A DNA stretch of 47,060 nucleotides from contig JAEZBT010000024.1 of NCBI GenBank assembly GCA_023426865.1, forward strand, positions 1-47,060. Reading direction: 5' to 3'. A program made the position numbers and the translations under genes. Numbering within the stretch: position 1 is the first letter of the stretch; each line of letters opens with the position of its first letter. Shown one piece after another: positions 17,664 through 26,559 of this stretch. Below the pieces are notes generated by a model. It saw only the letters and a program-made list of their open reading frames with translations, was not told where the DNA came from and did not search any database. The DNA is from Actinomycetes bacterium. Its GTDB lineage: Bacteria > Actinomycetota > Actinomycetes > Actinomycetales > Cellulomonadaceae.

Positions 17664-18482
17664 GTGAAGTTCAAGACTCTGATCCTCACTGCAACGATCG
17701 TCGGATTCGCCGCTGCCGGCGCCGCGGCCACTGCAAACGACGACCTGCTCGGGACGGTCTCCTTGAAGGAAGGGGAAGAGAAGCCCGCGTCGGCAAAGTC
17801 CCCGGTGCCGGCGATGGCCAGCAGGGGTATCGTACCGACCGTAGCCAATGGCGGCGGTGGTCCTGCTCCTGCCTCAAAGAGCGTGCCGGTTGACAAGCTG
17901 GCGGTCACGGCAGAGAGGAAGCCGGCACCGGCACAGGCGCCGACCGCGGCCGCGCCCCCGCCACAGCGCCCGGCGCCTTCCGCGGCCGTGGAACACGCAG
18001 CTGACCTCGCGCCTGTTGCTCCGGAGCTCCAGATCGAGGAGCCGGTTGCCGTACCCGATCCACCGCTTCCGCAGCCGACCCGCACGGTCAAGCCGGTGCG
18101 ACTCAGCCCGAGCGAGGTGGCTTACCAGGCCCAAGAAGCGCGCAGCCTGCGCGAGATCCGGATCCTGCGCATGCAGGCTGAGGCCATGGAACTGCGCCGG
18201 AAGATCCAGGAGCAGTCCGCGGTCGACCAGCCGGCCCTGCCGCCCGTCGAAGTGGGCCCGCTGGCGTCCGTCCTGGACTTGCCGGAAGAGCCGCCGGTTC
18301 GCCTGATCTCGGTCTGGGGCACTGCCGGCGACCTGAAGGCGGACGTGCTGTCCAACGGCATGCGCATCTCGGTGAAACCGGGCGACCCCCTGCCGGAAGG
18401 CTGGAGCGTGGCGGAAGTGACTCGAGGATCGATCGTGGTCCGTCGCGGCGGCAAGCAGACCGTCGTCAAGATCGGAGGCTGA
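17664..18482 (+). CDS. pilP: Type IVb pilus biogenesis protein, PilP-like
   Basis: Signal peptide, Pro/Ala-rich region, coiled coil, C-terminal VRLISVWG...VKPGDPLPEGWSVAEV. Confidence 0.7.
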   Translation: MKFKTLILTATIVGFAAAGAAATANDDLLGTVSLKEGEEKPASAKSPVPAMASRGIVPTVANGGGGPAPASKSVPVDKLAVTAERKPAPAQAPTAAAPPPQRPAPSAAVEHAADLAPVAPELQIEEPVAVPDPPLPQPTRTVKPVRLSPSEVAYQAQEARSLREIRILRMQAEAMELRRKIQEQSAVDQPALPPVEVGPLASVLDLPEEPPVRLISVWGTAGDLKADVLSNGMRISVKPGDPLPEGWSVAEVTRGSIVVRRGGKQTVVKIGG

Positions 18483-18485
18483 TCA

Positions 18486-19757
18486 GTGCGCGTAGCCAAG
18501 ATCGGCAAGCGCCAGTTTGCCTTCGACCTCCTCTGGAACGACGCCTACGGCGACGACGCTGCAGAGGCGGCGCGTAAGGCCCTGGGCGAGGACGCCAGCG
18601 GCTACTACACCGTCGTCAGCGGCGAGGGTGAGGTGGCCGAGGTCCTTGGCTGCGCCCAAGGCAAGGTCAAGGGCAGGGTGTACAGCTATGCAGAGGCGCT
18701 GGCCGGCCTTGACCGGGACGGCATCTACTGCGCATCCGTGGACGAGCAGCGCTGCTGGTATGCGGTCATACAGCAGGGCATCGTCATGCCCGGCACCGAC
18801 CGCACCATCGGTAAGAGCGAATTCGTCAGTCTCTACACGCAGACCCTGCGCCGCACGTTCAAGGTTCCAGTGTTCTGCACCGACGAAACACTCATCGGGC
18901 AGGACGTGTATCCGTTCCGACTCGAGGAGGCGGTGGCATCCTCCAAGGTCAAGCCGCTGAAGGTCGTGGGCGCTGGTGCCGCCGGAAACAATGTGGTTGG
19001 CGGGATCGTCCTCGCAGCGGCGGTTGTCGGCATCGCCTATGGCGGCTGGTACACCATTCTCCGCAACCCCCATGGAGACATCGATCAGGCGGCGCTCGAC
19101 GCCCAGGCACGCGAGCTCTACATCGCCGCGGCAAAGTCCGAGATGGACCAAGTCCCGACTGACGCGAACTGGGTCTCGGAGGCATACCACCGCGCGAGCC
19201 TGACCTTCGACTCAACGCTGGCCGGATGGGTGCTGGACGGGGTGACCTGCGAACCGGTCGCCTGCACCGCCACGTACTCATTGCCTGAGGGGCAGCTGAC
19301 GTATGCGGTTACACCGGTCCTCGAGCGCTACGGCCACGAGCGTGTCCAGATGCTCGAGGATGGCCGTAGCTTCAATGTCAACCTGGAGCTGGACCGGCCG
19401 GACCAGTCCATGGCCACGGATTTCGACGTGCTGCAGCCGAAGCCGCCCAGGAGCCGCGCTGCCGACACTCTCGGCCTGCTGAACCTGTCGTTCGACCAGG
19501 TGAACGTCGACCAGAAAGCAACGACCGAAGTGATCGGGAGTCGTCTCGGCGCTCCGGGCGACATGCCCGAGATCATCAGGGAGACCGTCATTACGAGCCA
19601 CGACACGCAGCTTGAGCCGGTTCGTCTTCGCACTCTTTCGGCCTACATGAGCCGCGTGGAGTTCGTGGCGACGAAGCTCGCTTTCAGCAGCGGCAGCGGG
19701 GCGCTCGCCCCAGCATGGTCGGTGGAGTGGGTCCGCTTCCATGGAGGTGAGCAGTGA
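18486..19757 (+). CDS. pilO: Type IVb pilus accessory protein, PilO-like
   Basis: IGKRQFAFDLLW N-terminus, central TM segment, GWVLDGVTC periplasmic motif; operon position. Confidence 0.75.
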   Translation: MRVAKIGKRQFAFDLLWNDAYGDDAAEAARKALGEDASGYYTVVSGEGEVAEVLGCAQGKVKGRVYSYAEALAGLDRDGIYCASVDEQRCWYAVIQQGIVMPGTDRTIGKSEFVSLYTQTLRRTFKVPVFCTDETLIGQDVYPFRLEEAVASSKVKPLKVVGAGAAGNNVVGGIVLAAAVVGIAYGGWYTILRNPHGDIDQAALDAQARELYIAAAKSEMDQVPTDANWVSEAYHRASLTFDSTLAGWVLDGVTCEPVACTATYSLPEGQLTYAVTPVLERYGHERVQMLEDGRSFNVNLELDRPDQSMATDFDVLQPKPPRSRAADTLGLLNLSFDQVNVDQKATTEVIGSRLGAPGDMPEIIRETVITSHDTQLEPVRLRTLSAYMSRVEFVATKLAFSSGSGALAPAWSVEWVRFHGGEQ

Positions 19758-21568
19758 TGAATGCTGCACGCTCCGACAGCAGCGCGCTCGTCAGCTTCAG
19801 TCCCGTGGTCCGGGCTCTCGTAGAGCTGGAGGTGGTCACCGATGCTGAGGTGGACGATGCCATCGACGCATCCGTCGAAAGCGGCAGGGAAGTGGAGGAG
19901 GAGCTCCAACGCAATGGCCGCGTAAGCCGCAACGATCTCATCCACGCGATGCTGCACGCCGGCCACACCATCCGAGCCGAGCGCGCAGACCACCTGCCCG
20001 AGTGGGATCAGATTCTCAACGACGCTGGCGGCGCGCTGGCGCGCGGCGGTGTCCGCGACCCTGACATGGCCATCCTGGCCTTGGAATCTGACCGCGTACG
20101 GCGCTGCTACATCGTCTTCAACGACAAGGTGAAGCAAGAGAAGGCGCAGGCGGCGGTGACCAAGGCCTCCGGCAACGGCTATCAGGTCTGCGGTGTCATC
20201 TTGGCCACGCGCCCGCTCATCGACTCAATCTACGTCGAGTGGGACGCCAGACAGGCCAGCCCGGGAGAGGGCCTCGTCGCTGAGTCTGACTTGCAGCGCG
20301 AATTCGAGGAGCTGGCGAGCGCGGCCTACAACATGCGTGCTTCCGACGTGCATATCACCTGCACGCCCCGGAAGGGCTTCATCAAGCTGCGCATTGATGG
20401 GGAGCTGCAGCATTACAAGGACATGACCGAGGAGCACACCAGGAATCTGGCCTCGGTCATCTACAACACCCTTACGGAGCGCGGCTCAACCCGAGACGGT
20501 TTCAACCCCGACAAGGTGCAGGACGCCGTCATCGAGCGCCAGCTCCCCGAGGGCCTGGTGCGCTTTCGCTACTCCGGCCTGCCGATCGCACCGAGTGGCT
20601 TCGACATCACTTTGCGCATCATCCCTGTGGGCGTCTCCAGCCGTAGGAAGGAGCTGCGCGAGCTGGGTTACGAGCCGGAACAGTGCGAGCAGATCGAGCG
20701 CATCTTCTCCTACTCCGAGGGAATCATCCTCATCGCCGGCACGACCGGCTCCGGCAAGTCGACCACCATGTCGACCATGCTCAGCAAGATGGCTGCCGAA
20801 CGGCCGGGCCACAAGATCCGCACCGTCGAGGAGCCTGTCGAGTACAAGATCGAGGGCGCATATCAGACGGGCGTAACCCGTTCCGACGATGGCAAGAACA
20901 ACTTCCTGGACACGCTTCGCCAGCTCATGCGTAGCGACCCGGATGTGATCGGCGTGGGCGAGATCCGTGACCAGAACACGGCCGAGCTCGCAATCCAGGC
21001 TGCGCGGTCTGGCCATCTCTGCATTTCCACCATTCATGCGCAGGGCGCGCCGATCTGTTACGACCGCCTTGTCGGAATGGGCGTGCCCCGCGGCGACCTT
21101 GCGTCGGTCGGTCTGATCGTCGGGCTCATCTACCAAAAGCTCCTGCCGGTGCTGTGCGATCGGTGCCGGCTCGACGTCGGAGCTTATCGCAGGATCAAGG
21201 GTTCCGAGGCCCAGGGCATCCTGGGCCGCTTGCAAAAGGTCATCGGCGCCGACCTCCGCGGAATCTACTTTCGGAACGAAGAAGGCTGCCCGAACTGCAA
21301 GCAGCGCGGAATCGTTGGCCAAACGGTATGCGCGGAAATCCTGCGCCCGTCGCCGGCAATGATGCCTGCGGTCGCGGCTGGCGACTCCAACAGCTTGTGG
21401 CAGCAGTGGCGCGCCACAAGGGACGCGTCCGATCCCAACAAGGTCACCGGGAAGACCGCCTTTGAGCACGCGCTACTGAAGATGCGCCGCGGTGCTGTTT
21501 GCCCGGTTTCCATTGAGTCGAAGTTCCGCTTTATCGATGAAGCAGCCTACGGGGAGGGCGGGGCATGA
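19757..21568 (+). CDS. pilQ: Pilus assembly ATPase (PilQ/GspE family)
   Basis: ASDVHI, GTTGSGKST, TVEEPVEY, MRSDPDVIGVGEIRD, STIHA and two CxxC motifs. Confidence 0.93.
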   Translation: MNAARSDSSALVSFSPVVRALVELEVVTDAEVDDAIDASVESGREVEEELQRNGRVSRNDLIHAMLHAGHTIRAERADHLPEWDQILNDAGGALARGGVRDPDMAILALESDRVRRCYIVFNDKVKQEKAQAAVTKASGNGYQVCGVILATRPLIDSIYVEWDARQASPGEGLVAESDLQREFEELASAAYNMRASDVHITCTPRKGFIKLRIDGELQHYKDMTEEHTRNLASVIYNTLTERGSTRDGFNPDKVQDAVIERQLPEGLVRFRYSGLPIAPSGFDITLRIIPVGVSSRRKELRELGYEPEQCEQIERIFSYSEGIILIAGTTGSGKSTTMSTMLSKMAAERPGHKIRTVEEPVEYKIEGAYQTGVTRSDDGKNNFLDTLRQLMRSDPDVIGVGEIRDQNTAELAIQAARSGHLCISTIHAQGAPICYDRLVGMGVPRGDLASVGLIVGLIYQKLLPVLCDRCRLDVGAYRRIKGSEAQGILGRLQKVIGADLRGIYFRNEEGCPNCKQRGIVGQTVCAEILRPSPAMMPAVAAGDSNSLWQQWRATRDASDPNKVTGKTAFEHALLKMRRGAVCPVSIESKFRFIDEAAYGEGGA

Positions 21569-22662
21569 TCCCAGTGGAAACGGCGTTCTGGTTCGTCGAG
21601 CCCTTGATCAGGGCGTTCAAGCGTCCCGGCTTCAAGGCAGCGAGGCGGGAGGCCTTTTACCTGGACATGGCCGCCTTCCTCGAGGCTGGCATCGCGCCGT
21701 ACGCGGCAATGGAGCGCATGCGAGATGTGGCAAAGCCTCGGCGGCGCATGCGATCGATCTACCGGCTGCTGCGGGACGTGCTCCAGAGGATGACACACGG
21801 CGCGAGCCTCGCGGCCGCGTTGAAGCCATTCATTCCGGCAGAGGAGTTCGTCTTGTTGCTCGCTGGCGAGAGGGGTGGCCGAACTGTCCAGGCGCTGACC
21901 GAACTTGCGAGCCTGCTCGAGCGACGCCGGATCATGGGCAGTGCACTGCGGTCTCACCTCATCCCGTCAGGCGTGATGCTGCTCATCCTGATCGGGATCA
22001 TGGTCTACATCCTGAAAGTGGTGCTCAGTGATGCGCGGGGCATGGTGCCCCCTGAGATTATGCAGAAGCTGATGATCGCCCCGTACTACTTCGCAGCGGG
22101 TGACTGGTTCCTTCAGGCAATCCCATATCTGGCCGCATGCGCAATCGCATTCGCCATGGCCGTTAGCGTGTCGCTACCGCGATGGAAGCCTGACAGAGCT
22201 CGCAAGTGGCTGGACCACCACCTGCCGCCGTACAGCATGTACACGCGCATCCAGTCGAGCTACTTCCTGACGACGGCTGCAGCAATGATGGAGGCCGGTG
22301 TTCCCTTCACCCAGGCGGTGCAGGACATCAAGAAGAACTCGAACCCGTGGGTTAAGGCCCATGCGACACGAATGCTCGTGCGCATTGCATCGGGTCGGGG
22401 CGAGTCAGAGGCCATGCAGACCGGTCTTTTGCCGTGGGACGTCGAGGATCGACTGGCGATCTACAAGATGCTCGACGACCTCAAATCAATCATGCAGCGC
22501 ATGGCCAAGGACTCGATGGAGATCCTGCTGAAGCGCGTGACCCTGCTTGGCGCAACAGTGCGCAACGTGGTGATGGTGCTGCTGGCAGCTTTCATCCTCG
22601 CCACCGTCGGATCGATCGGCGAGATAGCCATGTCTGCACAGAGCAGCGCTGGAGCGTCCTAA
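21565..22662 (+). CDS. pilR: Pilus inner-membrane platform protein (PilR/GspF family)
   Basis: Two T2SSF-like repeats (FLEAGIA, MMEAGVPF), LAGERGG and three TM segments. Confidence 0.88.
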   Translation: MIPVETAFWFVEPLIRAFKRPGFKAARREAFYLDMAAFLEAGIAPYAAMERMRDVAKPRRRMRSIYRLLRDVLQRMTHGASLAAALKPFIPAEEFVLLLAGERGGRTVQALTELASLLERRRIMGSALRSHLIPSGVMLLILIGIMVYILKVVLSDARGMVPPEIMQKLMIAPYYFAAGDWFLQAIPYLAACAIAFAMAVSVSLPRWKPDRARKWLDHHLPPYSMYTRIQSSYFLTTAAAMMEAGVPFTQAVQDIKKNSNPWVKAHATRMLVRIASGRGESEAMQTGLLPWDVEDRLAIYKMLDDLKSIMQRMAKDSMEILLKRVTLLGATVRNVVMVLLAAFILATVGSIGEIAMSAQSSAGAS

Positions 22663-22719
22663 GGAACCCCGGGCCGGGTAGGCCAAACGTAAGCAAACCC
22701 ACAGTAAAGGAAGGATCAC

Positions 22720-23280
22720 ATGAAGAGCTACAACATCAAGAGCAAGAAGAAGCAGCAGGGCTTCACCCTTATCGAAATGGCAATCGTCCTGGTGCTGGCC
22801 GCGGCCGTGGTGTACGGCATCTTCGCGGCGATGAAGGTGGTCGGCACGCGTACGACCAACAACCAGGAAGTGAAGAACGCAACCATGATCGCGGCCGACC
22901 TGAAGACGAAGTTCGGTGGGCAGCTGAGCTATTCCGGCCTCAACAACGCGACCGCCATTCAGATCAACGCGATCCCGAAGGGCATGATCCAGGGCGCCAA
23001 CATCATTACCGGTTGGGGCACCACGCTGGCCATCACCGCATCGAACGTCAACGGCACGGCAAACGATGGCTTTGCCCTGACCTACGACGTACCGGCAGAC
23101 AGCTGCTCGGACTTCATCTCCGCGGTCGAAGGCGCCTTCACCAAGATCACGATCGGTACCAACGTGGTCAAGAACACGCGCAGTGGTGACTCCACGCTCA
23201 CCGTGGCTGACCTGGCTCGCTGCTCTGCAACCGCCACCGGCAACGCCGGTGTGGCTGTGATCCTGGAAGCCAGCCGCTAA
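22720..23280 (+). CDS. pilS: Major type IV pilin (PilS-like)
   Basis: Strong RBS, basic leader KKKQQG/FTLIEM, hydrophobic helix, C-terminal Cys pair (VPADSC...LARC). Confidence 0.9.
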   Translation: MKSYNIKSKKKQQGFTLIEMAIVLVLAAAVVYGIFAAMKVVGTRTTNNQEVKNATMIAADLKTKFGGQLSYSGLNNATAIQINAIPKGMIQGANIITGWGTTLAITASNVNGTANDGFALTYDVPADSCSDFISAVEGAFTKITIGTNVVKNTRSGDSTLTVADLARCSATATGNAGVAVILEASR

Positions 23281-23302
23281 CCGGCGGTCGGGGAGAACGC
23301 GA

Positions 23303-24478
23303 ATGAAACGAGCACGCGCCACAGTATCTGGACGCCGCCTGCAGGGGGGCTACATGCTGCTCGGCGCGCTGCTAGCGCTCGTCGTTTTCGCCTCGATCAT
23401 GGCGGTGGGTATTCAGTGGGCAAACCGCCATATGCTCGAGCAGCAGGCAGCCGCCGATGGAGCGGCGCTGGGGCAGTTTGCCGTCGGCCTACGTGGGTTT
23501 GCCGCCGCCGCCCAGGCGAACCCCGGGATCATCCCGGGGTCTGCCCGGGTCGGCGTCAACTGGCTCAAGCCGCCGTCCTGCGGCGGCTTAGCCACCAATC
23601 CGGCCGAGGGCTACGTTCCCTGCTCGTTCACTGGTGGGCGATACGGCGCCAACTACCGCACCACGTTTACCTATACCGGTGCGACAGGTCAGCTAGAGGC
23701 CAGGACCACGTACGACATCAGCGCCGCGGGCTATGACCGTCCAAGCGCCGGCAGGGTTGCCAGCCTGGTTGTCCGAGCGGCACTTTCCCAGCAGTCCAAC
23801 CCGAACAATGGCGTGTTCTTCATGGCCTACGCCAATGCGCCGAGCAATCTGGCTGCGGCTCCGACTCCGTCCGACCCAGTCTTCTACAACCCAGGCACAA
23901 ACGAGGGACGGGTAACTGCTGTAGTCACGAACGCCCCATCGAATGACATCTTTCTCCGCACTGACGGCACAAACCGGATGCTGGCCAATCTCAACATGGG
24001 TGGGCATAGCATCGGCAATGCGAGGGATGCACGCTTTCAGGGCAGGGTGCAGATCGACCAGGGCATGACCGTAACCAACGGTACGGCTGACTTCCGCCAG
24101 GGCGTGGTCACCACCGACGTCTCCCTGACCTCTATCCAGCGAGCGGCATCGCAGGGCATCTACGACGCCGAGGTCAAGCACGGCGCCGCTAGCTACACGA
24201 TCGCAAAGCCGAACTGCGCTCAAGCGGGCAACCGTCCTGCGATCTACGCGGCAATCCAGAGCACCGGTACGGTCAACCATGCCGGCTACCAGGCGGACGC
24301 GATGTACGAGAGCCGGGTGGACGTGATCGACAACGGCTCTAACTGGACAGTCCGCCCGGTCGTGCGTGGGACCCGCTTCGATGTCACCGCGGACGCGACC
24401 AACATCTACTTCAGCCGCAACCTGGTGGAGGTCAATCCTCAGGACATGCGCATCCTCGTGATGACTCGCTGCAAGTAA
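23303..24478 (+). CDS. pilV: Minor pilin / tip adhesin (PilV-like)
   Basis: Prepilin site QGG/YMLLG; FLRTDGTNRMLANLNMGGHSIGNA resembles the PilV constant-region motif; ends in C-K. Confidence 0.72.
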   Translation: MKRARATVSGRRLQGGYMLLGALLALVVFASIMAVGIQWANRHMLEQQAAADGAALGQFAVGLRGFAAAAQANPGIIPGSARVGVNWLKPPSCGGLATNPAEGYVPCSFTGGRYGANYRTTFTYTGATGQLEARTTYDISAAGYDRPSAGRVASLVVRAALSQQSNPNNGVFFMAYANAPSNLAAAPTPSDPVFYNPGTNEGRVTAVVTNAPSNDIFLRTDGTNRMLANLNMGGHSIGNARDARFQGRVQIDQGMTVTNGTADFRQGVVTTDVSLTSIQRAASQGIYDAEVKHGAASYTIAKPNCAQAGNRPAIYAAIQSTGTVNHAGYQADAMYESRVDVIDNGSNWTVRPVVRGTRFDVTADATNIYFSRNLVEVNPQDMRILVMTRCK

Positions 24479-24505
24479 GACCCCCCCCCCACGGTCCGCC
24501 GTAGG

Positions 24506-24565
24506 TAACCCCGCCGGAATTGCATCTGGTTGGCGGCCTGCGCGGGCGCCCGGGCAGCCTATCGT
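24506..24565 (+). promoter_or_regulatory. Regulon box with -10 TATCGT
   Basis: TAACC-N17-GGTTG (24506-24532), -10 at 24560-24565. Confidence 0.75.
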
Positions 24566-24595
24566 TTCCCTACCGAAGCACCCCCAGCCGAAGCC

Positions 24596-25372
24596 ATGGG
24601 CGACGTCCCCGCGCACGAACAGAACATAGCCACCTGCGTAGCCACAGCGGCCAGACACTACGGTGCCGATGGCGAGCGCGTGCTGGCGCATGTGCGGCTT
24701 CGGGACGGCAAGAGTGGCGAGATCCGCGTTCTCCCAAACGGCGACTTCGAGGTCGGCCTGGCGCGGATCCCCGGGAAAGAGATCCCTGCCTTGGAGAAGA
24801 ACCACGGCATCACGGCCAAGGCCCTGGCTGACGACGACTGCCTCAACGTGACCATCGCCACCTACCTCTACCAGAGGGATGCGCTGGCCGCAGTGTCCAG
24901 GACGGGCGGTGAGGCCGGCGCCGGCAAGCCAGCTAACGCCGCGCTGGGCCGAATCTTCGACCAGATGGGCAGCGTGCCAGCTCGCTCCAGCATGCCCGGG
25001 GACGCGTGCGAGGTCAGCGCGGCCGCCAGATACAGCCTGCCGCTGCCGCTGTTTCAGGCTGTGCTGAAGACCGAAGGCGGCTGGGATGGCCTGAAGAAGC
25101 CCAACACCAACGGATCCTTCGACCTGGGCCGTGCGCAGATCAACACCATCCACCTCCCGGAGCTCAAGCGTTACGGCATCACCGAGCACGCCCTGATCCA
25201 TGACCCGTGCACGAACCTGCACGTGGCGGCCTACCGGCTGCGGTTCGAGATCAACCGGGCGGGTGAGCTCTGGCGAGGGGTGGGTAACTACCACTCGCGG
25301 ACGCCGCACCTCAATAGCGCTTACCAGAAGCGCGTGAAGCGGCACCTCGATCGCATCACCGCGTCTCGCTGA
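24596..25372 (+). CDS. Lytic transglycosylase with tandem SLT domains
   Basis: C-terminal domain has VLKTEGG, DLGRAQIN, DPCTNL and VGNYHS. The N-terminal domain is a degenerate copy (EVGLARI, DDCLNV). Confidence 0.85.
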   Translation: MGDVPAHEQNIATCVATAARHYGADGERVLAHVRLRDGKSGEIRVLPNGDFEVGLARIPGKEIPALEKNHGITAKALADDDCLNVTIATYLYQRDALAAVSRTGGEAGAGKPANAALGRIFDQMGSVPARSSMPGDACEVSAAARYSLPLPLFQAVLKTEGGWDGLKKPNTNGSFDLGRAQINTIHLPELKRYGITEHALIHDPCTNLHVAAYRLRFEINRAGELWRGVGNYHSRTPHLNSAYQKRVKRHLDRITASR

Positions 25373-25398
25373 CGGACGCCTGCAGAAGGAACAAACGC

Positions 25399-26541
25399 AT
25401 GATCGCCGGCATCGACAACCTCGAGGCGCTACCCGCCACCGACTGGCCGAAGGTGAGGGACATCAGCATCCCGCTACGCAGGGGCGCCTCTGGCAAGCTG
25501 GAGGCCGACCTCCAGGGAGCTGTCTGCTTCGCCAGCAGGCCCCACGCCTACCGCCTGTGCGACACCGCGGATGCGACGCTGCTGGACCGTGCCGTTCAGA
25601 TCGTCAGCGCAGCCCAGCCCAGCCTGGACCGCAAAGAGCGAAGGTTCCGCCTCACCTGCGGGCACCTGAGCTTCCGGGCCCAGATCGGCGACAACGCCGA
25701 TGGCATGGACCTGCAGCTGCGTGTGCTGCCGGAGGAGACGCCCTCGCTGGGCCAGCTGCACCTGCCGGCCGCCTGGCGAGCGGTCATGCTCGACGAGGGC
25801 CTGATCAACGGGGGCCTGGTTCTGCTCACCGCGCCAAGCGGGCAAGGCAAGACCACGACCGCCTCTGCCATGGTCCGCACTCGACTGGAGTATTTCGGTG
25901 GCCAGGCCAACACGATCGAGGATCCCATCGAGCTGCCCCTGCAGCGGGTCTGGGGCACGGGCGGCATCTGCTACCAGCGACCGGTCAACACCCTACTGGA
26001 TGCCGAGCACCCGGGTGACGGCTATCACCGGGCCATGGTGGAAGCGCTGCGCCAGTTCCCCGCGATTGCCGGCGGCAACACCATCCTGATGGTTGGGGAG
26101 ATCCGCGACGCCCGCACTGCCGCCGAGACCCTCAAGGCCGCCTGCAACGGCCACCTGGTCATCGCCACCATGCACGCGAAGTCAGCCGAGACGGCGGTGC
26201 GCAGGATCATGACGCTGGCCACCGACACGGACGACGGCATGCGCTCTGCCAATGTCCGGGAGATGCTCTCGGAGTCCCTGCGCTGCGTCTTCAATCAGCG
26301 ACTGAAATGGGCGCTGGACCAGGAGGGGTGGAGCGCCGGTCGGATTGACGGCGACCTGCTCTGGTCGGATGGCTACGACTCGGAGGTTGCCGCGGCGATC
26401 CGGGCCGGCGGAGTTGAATCCCTCCTTCGCATCACCCGCGCCCAGACCACGGCGGCACGGGCAACGGAAGACAGTGCTGACGAGGGTGGAGCCACCGGTG
26501 CCTTGAGGGACGCCGCCCGGGCGGCCGCGGACCAGAAGTAA
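25399..26541 (+). CDS. PilT/DotB-like secretion ATPase (paralog 2)
   Basis: AAGGA RBS; APSGQGKTT, TIEDPIE, LMVGEIRD and ATMHA. Confidence 0.85.
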   Translation: MIAGIDNLEALPATDWPKVRDISIPLRRGASGKLEADLQGAVCFASRPHAYRLCDTADATLLDRAVQIVSAAQPSLDRKERRFRLTCGHLSFRAQIGDNADGMDLQLRVLPEETPSLGQLHLPAAWRAVMLDEGLINGGLVLLTAPSGQGKTTTASAMVRTRLEYFGGQANTIEDPIELPLQRVWGTGGICYQRPVNTLLDAEHPGDGYHRAMVEALRQFPAIAGGNTILMVGEIRDARTAAETLKAACNGHLVIATMHAKSAETAVRRIMTLATDTDDGMRSANVREMLSESLRCVFNQRLKWALDQEGWSAGRIDGDLLWSDGYDSEVAAAIRAGGVESLLRITRAQTTAARATEDSADEGGATGALRDAARAAADQK

Positions 26542-26559
26542 GGCACGCGCGACCGAAGC

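Noticed and set aside
24479..24600. Shufflon downstream of pilV
   Set aside because: No repeated sfx-like sites, alternative C-terminal cassettes or tyrosine recombinase are visible.
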